The notes under the pieces were generated by a model, which saw only the letters and a program-made list of their open reading frames with translations, was not told the origin of the DNA and ran no database searches. This document shows, piece by piece, positions 50,483 to 63,140 of a stretch of 64,000 bases of DNA. A program made the position numbers and the translations under genes. The DNA is from Chiloscyllium plagiosum (taxonomy: Eukaryota): assembly GCF_004010195.1 (NCBI RefSeq), contig NC_057739.1:7104897-7168896 (forward strand). The letters are read 5' to 3'. Positions within the stretch are counted from its first letter, which is position 1; each line of letters opens with the position of its first letter.

Positions 50483-51708
50483 AATATGGAATCTCAAGTT
50501 TAAGGCTCCATTTCAGGAACTCCATTAACCATGAAAATGTCAATGTTATTGTAGTAGCCAATTCAGTACAAAACAGGTATTTTCTCTATAGTTTCAAAAC
50601 TTCTCTCATATAATGAATTACTTGAGGTGGAGTGTTTTAAAAACAAAATACTGTGGGTGCTGAAAATTTGAAACAAACTATGCTGGAGAAACTGAACAGG
50701 TCTGGCAGCATCTGTGGTGAAGAGAGTTAGTTGTCAGAATAACTCTTCAGAATTCTGTTTAGCCATTACCTAGTTGTGGGATGTATTTTAAGAGGTGATG
50801 GCTTTTTGTGTATATAAAAGTATCCGTTTTTATTGGGGAACTTTTGCTAACTTGTGCCTGTGTTCTTGTGCCAATTTAAGTTCTGTTGTGCCTTGGAAAT
50901 AACACTTGTAGGCTTTTAAGTTTTATTGATAGTTGAGAATTAGAATTCTAATACTGCTACTGAGTCCAGATATTACATACATCCTGCATAAATGCAGAAG
51001 CTAATGTTAATAGGTGACTGTATTACCAATAAGGAGGTAGTGAGAATGGAAGAAGTAGGTGTTGAACATCAAAGAATAGCCCTCAAAGCAAAAATCTTGA
51101 CACCTGGTGTGGTATAATGAATTTTACAGTTTCATTAGTTACTGTATTTACACTGGCAATGTAGGTGTACAAATTATAAAGTTCAAATAAAGGTAATTAC
51201 TCTTTGTTCATTAATGACAGCAGTTAAAATACATGAAGTGAAATTCTCTTCCTAATGGGAATTCTGACATGACATTGACTGCAATGATGCAAGAACATAA
51301 TCCACTTTCTCTCACTGGCAATGAGGGATTGTGATGTATATAGCCACACCCACATTGTGAAACTTTTTTAACTTCTCATCAGGTACACATTTTTATTTTC
51401 ATCCAAAAGGGTTTTTTTCTGTTGTGTAAGCAGTGTGCGAATTGAATTAATCTGGGAGGCCTTGTTGTCAAATGGGGCAAAGATAAGGTTAGATGTAGAT
51501 GTGCCTTCTAATCTCAATACAGCAATGTAATGTATAACTCAGGCAGACAGATTTGGTTTGTTAACCCGCACTTGTAAACGGAGAAATAGATCATATCCTT
51601 TTGAAATTTCAATCCTAAGGCTCTGTTTGTATTCTTAGCTTACTTGTAGAATGCCAATTTTCTTAAACTTTATTTTTCAAAAATTAAATCTGATGCCTTT
51701 CCTTCCAG

Positions 51709-52169
51709 CTGCTCGCGACAAAGGAATCCCTATTCTTTATTCCTACATATTGCACAACTCATTGGCTTATGGAGCAGATTGGTCAAGACTATCACTTCAT
51801 CCACAGCTCAACGCTGACCATCGCCCTGTATCATCATCAGGTGAAATTCAGAGCAAAACTGAACATGAGCAAGGAGTAAAGGAAGCTAAGGTCAAGTTCC
51901 AGCACCTGAAGATTCAATACGAGTCTCCCACTGGCTTATTTGATATGGTTGTAGAAGATGAGTCAGATGATTATAGAGATGAGTTGCCTGACAGTTTGCA
52001 GGCCAGTGGTACATCTCTCCAACTGAATATGGACCCTGTAGTAAAGCAGCACAATCCTGACTCTGGTGTAAATTGGACTAAAAGTAAAGCCAGTCTTTTG
52101 GCTACATGTTCTTTTTATGACCATATCTTGCATGTTTGGAGATGGGAAAGAAGTAATATTGTCATCTAG
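51709..52169 (+). CDS. DPH7: DPH7 last coding exon (..LHNSLAYGADWS...LLATCSFYDHILHVWRWERSNIVI*)
   Basis: ORF 51651-52169; SL-x-YGADW and ATCSFYDH motifs; ccttccag| acceptor. Joined CDS is 1413 nt, 470 aa. Confidence 0.95.
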
Positions 52170-54124
52170 TTGACGTTTCATGAAAAATTCATTTTTAAAG
52201 TATTAAATTTGCAAAACTCATGTGTGGAGGAGTAGAAGAGATGGACTTGCTGGTTTTGATGTACTATAGCAATATTACAAGGTCAGGCACTTATGTGACA
52301 AAGGTGGAGTAATATTCCAATATAGATGTGGCAGGTTTATGTGACTGGCATTTCCTGACCTCTTCACTGAGTCCAGCAGGAGTCCAGGTATATCTAAATA
52401 TACAATTAATTAGTCAGTTACATGAAACATTTAATACTTAATGGTCTGTAAATAATTCAGAAACATGATATGAATTGTAAAACCAGCAACCTCTATAGCC
52501 TTTGTGGTGGCACCGGGCATACCAAAAGAGGTTAAAACAAAAATTAAATGAGTGGTTTTTGGAAGACATCCAAATCTCTTAGATTTCTTTGTTATTATTT
52601 GTGATTTTAAAAAAAAATCTTAAGTTTTTGGTGTCATACCTATCTATTACCTCAGGCAATCAGACAAAAGTTGGTGCTTCACAAACTTATCTTGGACAAT
52701 GATGTGTGGCTGGTAAAACATTTGAACTGGAATAACTTTTATGGTGAGATGACAATCTATGCAATTGATCCTCCTTGAAACAAACCTTAACCCTTTAGTC
52801 CTGTGGGCTTTGCTCTGTAAAATCTCAAACCTCACCAAGTTCTTGTTGAAGGCCGCTTTGGGATTTGCTGCAAATCTATTGTAGTCAGGTCTGAATAAAT
52901 TGATTTTACTGAAGTGTTTTGTCAAAAACTATTTTTGTCTCAATTTTTCTATGACTGCCTTTATTGTATAAATTAGTTTGTAAATATATGTAAACTTTTG
53001 TTCCAGAATAAATTACATATTTAATTGTTTGATCATGCTTGAACAGCCTCTCTTTATGCTTAACTTTTATTTTCTTGAAAGATGATGTTAGTTTCTTCAC
53101 ATCCAGGTATTTTTCTGAGGAAATCTTGCAATGATGCTCTTTGCCAATTTGACTATAGTTCCTATCCTTCATCCTTTTGGGAGAAGTAGTTTCTCCTCAA
53201 CTGTTTTAAATTTGCTACCCCTTAACTGAAGACTATGACCTCTTGTCCTAGAATGCCTCACAAGAAGTAGCATCCATCCACATTTATTTTATCTAACCTT
53301 TTATCTTGAATACCTCAATTTGAAAATTAGATTGGTAGATAAGTGAGGTGGGGTATTGTAGGGGAGAATGATTCTTAGTTTTCAGCCCATTCTACTATTT
53401 TATTCTCTGTTCTTAATTTGAGCTATGTTGCTCCAATGTGAGTTCCAGTAGCAGTTGTTTGTTTTTTCAGTAAGAAACTTTGCAGCGTTCTGGACTTAAC
53501 AGAATATAACAATTCCAGTTTCAAATCAGACTGAATCTTTTTGTTGATGATTGGATTATTCCCATTTATACTTGCTGTCAGCCCAGTTCTTTGTCTACTT
53601 GGCATCCACTTTTGTTTTGAACCCTTGTATTTTGAGGTAACCTTCAAGAAATGTATAAAATCTTGAGTATAGATAGTTAATGGCAGTTTTCAAGACGAGG
53701 GGAGTGGGGGCACGGGGATTTCAAGACGAGGGGACACATTTTTGAAGTGAAATTTAACGAAGGCACAGGAACAATTTTTTTAAGAGGGTGGTTTGCATAT
53801 GGAATGAGCTTTCTGAAGTGTTGGATGTGGGTCCAATTACAATATTTAAAAGGATTCTGGCTGGGTATATGAATAGGCAGGGTGTGGAAGATATGGGCCA
53901 AATGCAATTATATTTATTTCAGATATTTGGTCGGTGTGGACAAGCAAGAGTGGTCTGTTTCTGTGCTGTACATCTGAGAGTCTAACATTTGACTCAGTAA
54001 ACCATGAGACTTGGTGGATTGTACCCTGAAGACTAAGCTACCATCACAATCCTGCAATTCCATGATATTACTGCACCTGTTGATGCGGAAGAGCCGGTGT
54101 TGGACTGCAGTGGACAAAATTAGA

Positions 54125-54925
54125 ATGTAGCTGCAGCTATAGTTCTGCAAATACAGATTCACCCCATAGACTTGTATCTGTGTGTGGTATAGTTGGATGA
54201 CCTGTGGTGTGATGTGAACCCAAGTCCCAGTTGAAGCCATCCTCATGGATACCAAACTTGGCTATCAGCCTCTGCTTGGCCACTGCGTTGTTACCTATCC
54301 TGAAGTCTGCTTTGGAGAATGGCCACCCAAAGATCTGAGGCAGAATGTCCCTGATCACTGCAACAATCAGTGACTCTGCCAATGTCTATCTCATGCTGCA
54401 GGCAAGGATGCCATGAGGCATAGTACATTGGTGACCAAGCAGATGCTACGACAAAGAATGAATGGACACTACACAACAATCATCAGACGGGTGTTCCCTC
54501 CTAGTTTGGGAACACTTCAGCAGTAAGGGACATTCAGTCTGATCTTCAGATGACTATCCTCCAAGGTGTACTTTGGGATACGCAACAGTGTAGAGTGGCT
54601 GAGCAGAGGCTGGTTGCCAAGTTCAGAACCCATGAGGATGGGCTCAAGCCATACTGCAGGAGACCCTACTACACTATCTCTCACACTGACACATGCGCAC
54701 CTGCAAAGACACTCATTCTCTCCTGTGTGCGCACACAGGTTTATGGGGTGAATTTGTACATTCTTTGTACATTTTTTTTTGCTCAAATAATGCATCTGCA
54801 ATCTCCAGGCAGTCCATTCATGTAATATTTTGTAAATTCCACTTTGAAAATAGGGCCAGTCACAGGTTGGGATACAGACAGACTCTAATCTCATGCCTGT
54901 TAATGCATTGTCGGTGCTGAAATGT
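54125..54925. mobile_element. Penelope-like GIY-YIG fragments in inverted arrangement (third family)
   Basis: Minus strand AKQRLIAKFGIHEDGFNWDLG (54137-54382) mirrors plus strand AEQRLVAKFRTHEDGLK (54550-54825). Confidence 0.72.
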
Positions 54926-55578
54926 TTTAAAACTTAGGACACTCCTACTTCTAGCTGAGGGTCATCTGTGGAATTCTCTTCCATGGAGAGCAGCAATAGC
55001 TTTTGATCATCAAGAGTTGATGGTTAGAAGTGGGGGAAAAGGGGAAGAGGTGGTGCAGACAGGAAATAGGAGTGAGGCCACAACCAGATCACCCATGACT
55101 CCAAGGAGCTCGCTTCCAACCATTCAAACTGACAACTTGTCCAGCAAGGTGCATCACTCTTTTCAGTCCAAAAGTGTTTTGACGAGGCAGCGTAACAGCA
55201 GAGAAGGTGAATGAAGAAACCAGTCCTGCACAATGGATCTCACTATCTTGTAGGTTATCCTGGCCCCATGTGCCCAAAGATCTGTCAGTTGAGAATGAAG
55301 CTTCATGGCAGAACTTAAAGCCTTAGCAGACCTCCTTGAATCTAAAGTCAGCTGATTATAATTTAGTTAAGTCTAAAACAGGTTCTTAAATCTGAACGAT
55401 GCAATAAGTATGTATTCCTTTAAAGATAAAAGCATGACAGCAAAATGTGCATCGAGAAGTTAAAGCAAGTATTACTTTACAGAAAAGAACTGAATGTTGC
55501 CACAAAGATTAGTGAGTCTAAGGAGCGAAAGAATGTGTGAATTCAGCAACACAACTCCAGATATAATGAAAGACAAGG

Positions 55579-55584
55579 TTTAAT
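55579..55584 (-). terminator. Candidate MRPL41 poly(A) signal (ATTAAA)
   Basis: TTTAAT on + strand, ~200 nt after the stop, followed on the - strand by a T/GT-rich tract. Confidence 0.5.
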
Positions 55585-55781
55585 TAAAATAAAACCATAC
55601 ACCACATGTCTGGATGTAAACACAGGACTTGACATTACTTCTCTTTCAATATTCCAGTCCAGTAAACTATAATTACTTGAGTAATAGCCAGCATGGGTGT
55701 AGTTTTAGTGAGATACTATCATACATGGCTACTACTTCCTATTTCTCTCAAAAATCAGTGTAGGAAATAATCCAATTCTTA

Positions 55782-56189
55782 TCAACGTACATAATTTTTT
55801 GGAAATAGTTGGAAGAGCTTGCCCTCTTGTGATGGCTCAAAGCCATATTTTTCAAGATTGTTCAGGTCAAAGTTCCCTTCCTGAAAGTCCTTCTCTATTT
55901 GTGGAGCAATGGTTTCTGTAAAGAGTGTCTTGGCTGTCAGAGGTTGTTCTGTTCCTTTTGGTGCTTTGTAAGACACATAGGGTTTTAGTTTAAAACCTTC
56001 TAAATTAGGGACTACGAACTCGGGCACCATTTTCCTGATTTTGATAAATTTGCCACTGGAAGTAAGTACCCCTGCTGGTTTGGCTCCGCGTGATTTGTAG
56101 AAGCTGCGGGGTCCACGCTTGCTTGTGAGTTCTGCTGTCCGGTCAGCTCCACGCACCAAACCCCGTGCCAGATTGGATAGTAATCCCAT
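55782..56189 (-). CDS. MRPL41: Mitochondrial ribosomal protein L41 (mL41), 135 aa, single coding exon
   Basis: [79 protein letters not shown]; acceptor tctttgttag| 7 nt upstream of ATG (exon starts 56196). Confidence 0.97.
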   Translation of the reverse strand: MGLLSNLARGLVRGADRTAELTSKRGPRSFYKSRGAKPAGVLTSSGKFIKIRKMVPEFVVPNLEGFKLKPYVSYKAPKGTEQPLTAKTLFTETIAPQIEKDFQEGNFDLNNLEKYGFEPSQEGKLFQLFPKNYVR

Positions 56190-57409
56190 GTTACACCTAA
56201 CAAAGAAAGATAAGGAGAGACATAGGTGATCTGAATAGTTTCTGGAGCTAAAGTCAAGGCCTTGAAAAAATATCCCCCAAAAGTAATTTGTTGCGTTCCC
56301 AATTCAAATTCAGAAAACTTGCTCCAAGAAAGGAGTTGTGTAACAGTAACATTCAGAATAAGTGCAACACAAATGGAGATTATGTGGTGAAAAGACCTCT
56401 AAGAACAACTCCACAGGTTTCAACTGAGTTACTGAAATTAATCCTTTGGTGGTCTGGCCTTGTGTTCATATGACACCAGAATGTGATTGTCTCTAGGATG
56501 CATTCTTAAATGGCCTATTAAATGAGCAACCCATTTAGTTGCACCAAACCATTACAAAGTCTAAAATAAAAATACTACATTTACAACAGCACAAGTGTAT
56601 GTACATCACATGAACTACAGCAGTTCAAAGAATTATCAATAAATTTGGCCTCACCAGCACTATTCACACCCTGTAAGCTCATCCATAAAAAGATGGACAA
56701 TCAGAGCCATGACTATTAGAATTTCAAAGCCAGGGTGCAAGAGTTTGATCCAGTGACAATGAGGAACAGTTATATTGTTCCAAGTCAGAATGATGCAGCT
56801 TGGAGTACAACTTGGTCTTCTCATGTATTTACAGTCATCATTCTTCTAGGTACTAGACGTTATAGGTTTGGAAGATGTTGAAAAAGCATTGATAAAATGC
56901 TGCATCTTGTCGATATTTCACTGTGCAGCCATGCCATACTATACTAGTGAAAGCAGAGAATGTTTAAAGTTGGCCTGATCATGCAGCTTGATTTTATCTT
57001 GGATGATGCAAGCTTATTGGAGCTGCACTCATCCACGGGGGATTCAGCAGCGACTTCATTTACTGTCAAGGTGAGACATTCAGATTCTCTCATATGGAAG
57101 ATGATCATTCCCTGGCACAAATATAACTTGCCACTTATCAACTAAACCAAAGGCTACAATCATTTAAGTAAACAAACAAAACCTCAACTCAGACCTAAGA
57201 GGCATCCTCCTTCATTTTAAAATGTGCTCTCCGGTTCTAGACTCCCAACGAGGAGAAATAGCTTACTTGCATCTACTCTGTCTATCCCTTTAAGTTTCAG
57301 CAATTTCTCTTCAAACGGTCCCACCATCCCAGGAACATTCTTGAAGAACCTTTGTTCCCACTCCCTCCCGGTCCCCCCCGAGCCCCACGTCCTTTTCCCT
57401 GTCTCTCAC

Positions 57410-57455
57410 CATGAACCGTTCCTCCCTCTCGCTCTCCTCGCGCAGGCACGCACTG
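57410..57455 (-). other. MRPL41: Probable non-coding exon 1 of MRPL41
   Basis: Minus-strand donor ATG|GTGAGA at 57410/57409 at the edge of the CpG island; 5' end approximate. Confidence 0.6.
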
Positions 57456-57714
57456 TGCAGCAATCCGCTCCGTCATTGGTCGCCCGGCTGCGGTCCAATG
57501 GCGGTGCGGCTTGTTGCGGCTGTCCGTGGGAGCTGGCCAATGAGGAGCCGCGTCACAACAGCGGGGCAGTTGTTGGGTCAGAGGGCGGTCCCGGTGCCGG
57601 CGCCGGCCTCAAGGTGGGGGGCGGGGAGCGGGAGGAACCGAGAACCGCGGTCCGCTCACACTGTGGTCCGGCAACTGGGGCTGGGCTGGACTGGACTAAC
57701 ACCATACAGTGGCC

Positions 57715-57757
57715 ATGGAGACCGGGCCGCCGGACCCGGAGGTGATGTTTGACCCAG
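57715..57757 (+). CDS. Candidate short first coding exon of the divergent gene (METGPPDPE[VMFDP]), probably PNPLA7 by synteny
   Basis: Strong Kozak gccATGG then donors GAG|gtgatg (57742) or CAG|gtactg (57758). Identity rests only on mammalian MRPL41-PNPLA7 head-to-head order, not on peptide similarity. Confidence 0.4.
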
Positions 57758-57882
57758 GTACTGGTTCATTCAAAGGTCACCCCACCCCCCCATTCCCCAG
57801 AGCAGGGCGCCACCCCCCCCCCCCCCCTCAGAGCCGGGTATAAAAACCGGGGTGTAAACCCCACCACCCCGTCCCTCAGAGC

Positions 57883-58140
57883 CGGGGCTCAATTCCATCC
57901 TCGGGGTAACTGTCTGTGTGGAGTTTGCACGTTCTCCCCGTGTCCGCGCGGGTTCGCTCCGGTTTCCTCCCACAATCACAAAGATGTGCAGGCCAGGGTG
58001 AACTGGCCAGGCTAAATTGCCCCACAGTGTTCGGTGCATCAGCCAGAGGGAAATGGGTCTGGGTGGGTTACTCCCCTGAGGGTCGGTGTGGACTGGTTGG
58101 GCCGAAGGGCCTGTTTCCACACTGTACGGAATCCAATCTC
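57883..58140 (+). mobile_element. HE1-like SINE
   Basis: Core 'gtctgtgtggagtttgcacgttctccccgtgtc' and tail 'gggccgaagggcctgtttccacactgta'. Confidence 0.85.
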
Positions 58141-58456
58141 TCAGAGCAGGGTGTGAAAGCCACCTTCCCTCGGAACTGTGTATGATCTGCACCCTCCCTC
58201 CCTCCCTCCCTTGGAACTCGGTATAACCCCCTCAGAGCCCAGTCTAAGACCTCCCTCCCTCAGATCCAGTAATTAATCCCAACCCCCCAGGCAGCCAAGA
58301 ATAATGCCCTCCCTCAGGTCTCCGTATAACCCCCATTTCCTTCATAGCTGGGTACAGCCCCCCAATTTTACCTCCCTCCCTCCGTGCTGAGAAACCCACA
58401 CCCTAACCTCAGAACTGTGTATAACCCTCACCACAAGCTCAGAGCGGGGTATAACA

Positions 58457-58830
58457 GCACTTTAGGGAACATCTCCGGGACACCCGCACCAATCAACCCC
58501 ACCGCCCCGTGACCGAACATTTCAACCCGCTCAGCACCATCCTCATGACCTATCCTACCTGCCAATCTTCCTTCCCACCGATCTGCTCCATCCTCCTCTC
58601 CGACCTATCACTTTCATCCCCACCTCCATCCACCTATTATACTTTTGGCTACCTTCTCCCCAGCCCCATTTATCTCTCCATCCCAGAGGCTCCCTGCCTC
58701 ATTTTTGATGAAGGGCTTTTGCCCAAAATGTCGATTTTCCTGCTCCTCAGATGCTGCCTGACCTGCTGTGCTTTTTCAGCACCACTCTAATCTAGACTCT
58801 GATCTCCAGCATCTGCAGTCCTCACTTTCA
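58457..58830 (+). mobile_element. PLE 3' fragment (GIY-YIG end, pyrimidine linker, decayed hammerhead tail)
   Basis: 58457-58527 matches 30732-30803; TTGATGA-agggcttttgccc-AAAA-tgtc at ~58705-58732. Confidence 0.85.
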
Positions 58831-58942
58831 TCGGGTATGACATCCCTATCCTCCCTCAGGGCCAGGTGTAAACTCCTGACCTCCTCCTGCAGATATTGGT
58901 ATAACCCCCACCCTCCTCAGAGCCAGATATAACCCCTTCCTC

Positions 58943-59108
58943 TGAAAAACTACAAATCTGGAGATCACAGCCAGTCAGACAGCATCCATGGAGAGAGACA
59001 GCAAGCTAACGTTTCGAGTCTTGATGTCTTTCCATGGATGCTGTCTGACCCACTGTCATTTCCAGTATTTTCTGTTTTCAGTACAGATTCCAGTATCTGC
59101 AATAATTA
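58943..59108. mobile_element. Fold-back PLE-tail element (variant family)
   Basis: 'gtcagacagcatccatgga' and 'tccatggatgctgtctgac' inverted arms around half-hammerhead 'aacgtttcgagtc'. Confidence 0.72.
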
Positions 59109-59438
59109 ATCCCTCCTGTTGCCAGATTTCCAGTATAATCACCATTTGCCTTTCGTGAGTCAGGTATCACCCCCATCTCCCTTAGACCTGGGTATAACCC
59201 ACCACCACCCCCTCCCCCCACCTCCCTCAGACCTGGGTATAAATCCTCCCCTTTGCAGGTGGGAATAAATCCCCTATAACCAAATATGAAATCTACATCT
59301 ACTCCCTGTTGGGTTGTTTTATTCTTGAGATTCTTGATGCAACTGCAACACCAACTTTTGTGAACAAGCAACCAAATTTACTAAGCACAGTACAGTTCAA
59401 GCTTTCTGGAGGATCCTTTAACACACACCTCGCATAGC

Positions 59439-61462
59439 TTTTTTTAATTTCAAAAATATACTTTATTCATAAAATTATTTTGCTATCTATACAATCGGTG
59501 ATGCCATACATACGTATACATTGTATTTCTTTACAAACAGAGATCGGAATTAATCATTCGTATATACAAGTCTGTGTGTTGACCATCCAGGTATTTTGCT
59601 GAGGTGTCAGCGGGGCCCAGTTTCTGAGTGGGCCCCCTGTTCCTCTTAGGCAGGCAGACCTTACACGGTGGTCTTACCTCACTGCACCTTGGCGGCAGCT
59701 GCCCCAAGCTTCAGCATGTCCCGCAACACGTCCTGTGCCAGTCCGCAACACTCAGTCGGGGTCAATTCCTTTAGCTGGAAGATCAACAGGTTTCAGACAG
59801 CCCAAAGAGCGTCTTTCACCGAGTTGATGATCCTCCAGGCACAGTTGATGTTGGTCTCGGTGTGTGTCCCGGGGTACAGACTGTAGAGCACGGAGTCCCG
59901 TGTCACGCCGCTGCTCAGGACGAACCTCGACAAACACCACTGCATTCCTCTCTAGACTTCCTTGGCGTAGGCACATTCCAGAAGCGGGTGTGTGACAGTC
60001 TCGTCCCCTCCACAGCCGCTTCGAGGGCAGCATGCAGTGGGGCAGAGAGTCCGGACGTGCATAAAGGATCTCACTGGCAGAGCCCTTCTCACCACCGGCC
60101 AAGCCATGTCTTGGTGCTTGTTGGAAGGTTCTGGCGATGAGGCATTCTGCCAAATGACTTTGACAGTCTGCCCAGGGAACTGCTCCAAAGGATCTGCTCC
60201 CTCCTTTTCCTGAAGGGTCTCAAGGACACTATGTGCTGACCACTTCCTGATGGTCAAAGGTGTTTTTCTTCATAAATTTCTCCACGAAGGACAGGTGATA
60301 CGAAACGGTCCAAGTATGGAGCGTTCCGCGGCAGCGAGGCCAGGCCTATCCTTCGCAACACGGGACAGGTAGAACCTCAGTATGTCTTTGATCTCCAACA
60401 AAATGGAAGGTGGCCCGGGTGACTGTGACGGCACAGGTTCTGGGAATACATTACAACACCGACAGTGCCTCACATCTGATGACCAGGTTTTTCCCACGAT
60501 GGAGAGCGACTGTAGCTTCCATCTGCCCAGTTTCTGCCTCACTTTCTTGATCCGCTCCTCCCAAGACTTGGCGCACGCCCCAGCCCCCCCGAACCAAATA
60601 CCCAGCACCTTCAGGTGGTCAGTCCTGATGGTGTAGGGGATGGAGGATTGGTTGGCCCAGTTCCTGAAGAGCATGGCTTCACTCTTGCCTCGGTTTACCT
60701 TGGCTCCTGAAGCCCGTTCGAACTGGTCACATATGCACATGAGTCTGTGCTCGGACAGTGGATCCGAGCAGAAAACGGCGACGTCATCCATGTACAGGGA
60801 GGCCTTAACCTGCAGGCCCCTGTTGCCAGAAATTGTCATCCCTCTTAGGCTCGCATCCTTCCTGATGGACTCAGCAAATGGCTCTATGTAACACACAAAC
60901 AAGACAGGAGAGAGAGGGCAGCCCTGCCTGACTCCAGATCTGACTGGGAAGCTATCTGATTCCCACCCATTGATTGAGACTGCGCTGACAATGTTGGTAT
61001 ACAACAGTCTGATCCACTTGCAGATTCCCTCCCCAAAGCCCATTTTGGAGAGAACATCCAAATCTTCACCCAAACTTTGAAGAGAACATCTCTCGTATAT
61101 GTATGCGATATCCTGTCAAAGACTTTCTCCTGGTCCAGGCTGATGAGGCAGGTGTCCAACCCTCAGTCCTGCACATAGGCGATCATATCCCTGAGGAGTG
61201 CAAGACTGATCTTCCTGCCCGGTACAGCACAGGTTTGATCAGGGTGAATCACCGAACCCAGAGCAGATCTGACCCGGTTGGCAATGGCCTTTGCCAAGAT
61301 CTTGTAATCCACATTCAATAGTGAGATTGGTCTCCAATTTCTGATTTCCTCCCTCTTCCCCTTCCGCTTGTAGATGAGGGTGATGATGCCTTTCCTCATG
61401 GATTCAAGTCTTGGCCAATCAAGTCCCACAGAGCAGAAAAGAGCTCGACCAGTAAGCCGTTT
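59439..61462 (-). mobile_element. Tx1/L1-clade LINE, 5'-truncated ORF2 (RT + C-terminal zinc knuckle), disrupted
   Basis: NWRPISLLNVDYKILAKAIANR..IHPDQTCAVPGR, LISLDQEKVFDRISH, GVRQGCPLSP, YMDDV, CPRSGCGGDETVTHPLLEC; antisense AATAAA (59462-59467) and T-tract tail. Confidence 0.92.
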
Positions 61463-62659
61463 TTATGACGGCGTTCCCACATTGCTATGCTGATATCCAA
61501 GATTTTAACCCAGCCATGGTAAAAGGACTGTGATAATGCATTGATTTGAAGGAGACCTTGAAGACAGTGGGTTTCCCATGTGCTTGATCTTCTAGGCGCT
61601 AGAGACTGAGAGTTCAGGAGGTGCTGTTGAAGCAGCTATGGCAACAGAATATCTGATTGATGGTACCCACTTGGAGTGATTGTGCACTGGCTACAGAGGT
61701 AGTGAATGACTAAGGTGATGGATGGAGTGCCAATTGAGCAGTCATTTGTGACCTGGATGATGATATGACCCCTGTGGAGACCGAACTCTTAAAATTCCCA
61801 GTGACTGCCTTAAAAGGATTGCACAACAACATTTCACATTTTAAGATTTTTACAGTGACAAATGTACTAAAATCAATTAAATATTACAAAGCAACTCATA
61901 CTCTGAAGTACAGAAATGCTGCACTGAAACTCCCATAAAACATTTATACATTATATTGTACTTTAAAAATAGCCTTGCATGTAAAGTCCAAAATTATTCC
62001 CTGTTTTAACAGGATTCTTTTCCTTGTGTCATTGGGGTGAATCTTGTATCCTTTTAAGCAAACTCTCCTTTGTTCAACTCTTTTGAGCACAATCAAATTG
62101 ACTTCCTGTAGGAAAGTACCAGCTGGTGATTCCATATTCTTCTGTGGCTTTGTCTCCAGACAGCTTCTGTTGGACGTTCTACCTCTCTGTCTCTGGACCA
62201 CTGCCCCATTTTACCTTGAATTATAGCTACAGTTTAAAACAAAGCTGTCCAATACAGTCTAAGCATTTGTATCAAAAGTGATGAGCTTCTTCACTCTTGT
62301 GGAACTATATTGAGAAGGCAAGTTGTGAATATTGCACACTTCTGACTTTTACACTTTAGGCTTTCGGAAGTCAGGAAGTACAGTAAGTCAGTTGCTGCAA
62401 AATCCCCAGCCTTTGGGCTGCTTTTGTAGCCACAACATGAATATGTCTGGTCCTGTTCGGTTTCTGTCTAATGGTTATTGGCGTGTAATTGTCACCTGTT
62501 TGCACTTTGGACGACACCTTTCATTACTTTGACGCTTGAGAGTAGGTTGATCAAGTGGTAAATGACCAAATTGAATTTAACCTCCTTTTTGTGACCTCCG
62601 TGTATATGCACAACGTTCCTCATTGTTGAACAGAATCCAGTGTTATAGCTGTGTGCTGA

Positions 62660-63140
62660 AACAGTTTTGCAGATAGTTGTGAAGTCACTTTATGAAGTAT
62701 GTGAACACATTGAAAAGGGTGCAAGAGAGGTTTGAGAGTAGTTTCAGGGATGAGAAATTTCAGTTGTGAAGATAGATTGGGGAAGTTGGGATTGTTTTCT
62801 TTGGAGACAAAATTAACATGATAGAAATTTCCAGTCATGAGAGGCTGGACAGAGTAGTTAAGGAGTAACTGGTCCTTATTAAAAAGATCAGGAACATTAG
62901 AATAAAGCAAATGAGACGTGCGAACAAGCTTCCCCACACAATGAGTGGATTGGTTTGGAATGTGCTACTTCAAAGCAAAGGGAGGCAAATTCAATAAAGA
63001 CTTCAAGAGGGAATAAGATGATTATTATTTAAATAGAAACAATATTTTTATGGGAAAAGGTAGGAGAATGGCAGTCATACAACTCATTCAGAGGGCTGGT
63101 GTGCGCATGATGACCTCCTGCTCCATTACACTTACGTGAA
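62660..63140 (+). mobile_element. Old CR1 LINE 3' remnant
   Basis: Degraded 'gggaagttgggattgttttctttggaga' and 'tttggaatgtgctact' CR1 text. Confidence 0.5.

Larger units (their letters stand above)
57360..57760. promoter_or_regulatory. CpG island, bidirectional promoter with three CCAAT boxes
   Basis: High CpG; ATTGG ~57475, CCAAT ~57495 and ~57537; GC box GGGGCGGGG ~57618; splice donors facing outward on both strands. Confidence 0.8.
57780..59280 (+). repeat. Dispersed degenerate C-rich repeat, motif CCCTCAGAGCCGGGTATAACCC, interrupted by TEs
   Basis: About 14 recognisable copies at 57.80-57.89, 58.14-58.46, 58.85-58.94 and 59.16-59.28 kb. Confidence 0.7.

Noticed and set aside
55782-56189. 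MRPL41 as a processed retrocopy because the CDS has no introns
   Set aside because: Intact ORF, 5' UTR intron with proper splice sites, CpG promoter and conserved synteny; a single coding exon is normal for this gene.
57224-57752. GC-rich ORFs of 173 aa and 113 aa over the CpG island
   Set aside because: Stop-poor because of GC content; no recognisable protein; overlap the promoter.
57780-59280. CRISPR-like repeat-spacer appearance
   Set aside because: Eukaryotic locus, degenerate repeats, low-complexity irregular spacers and no cas genes; it is a minisatellite.
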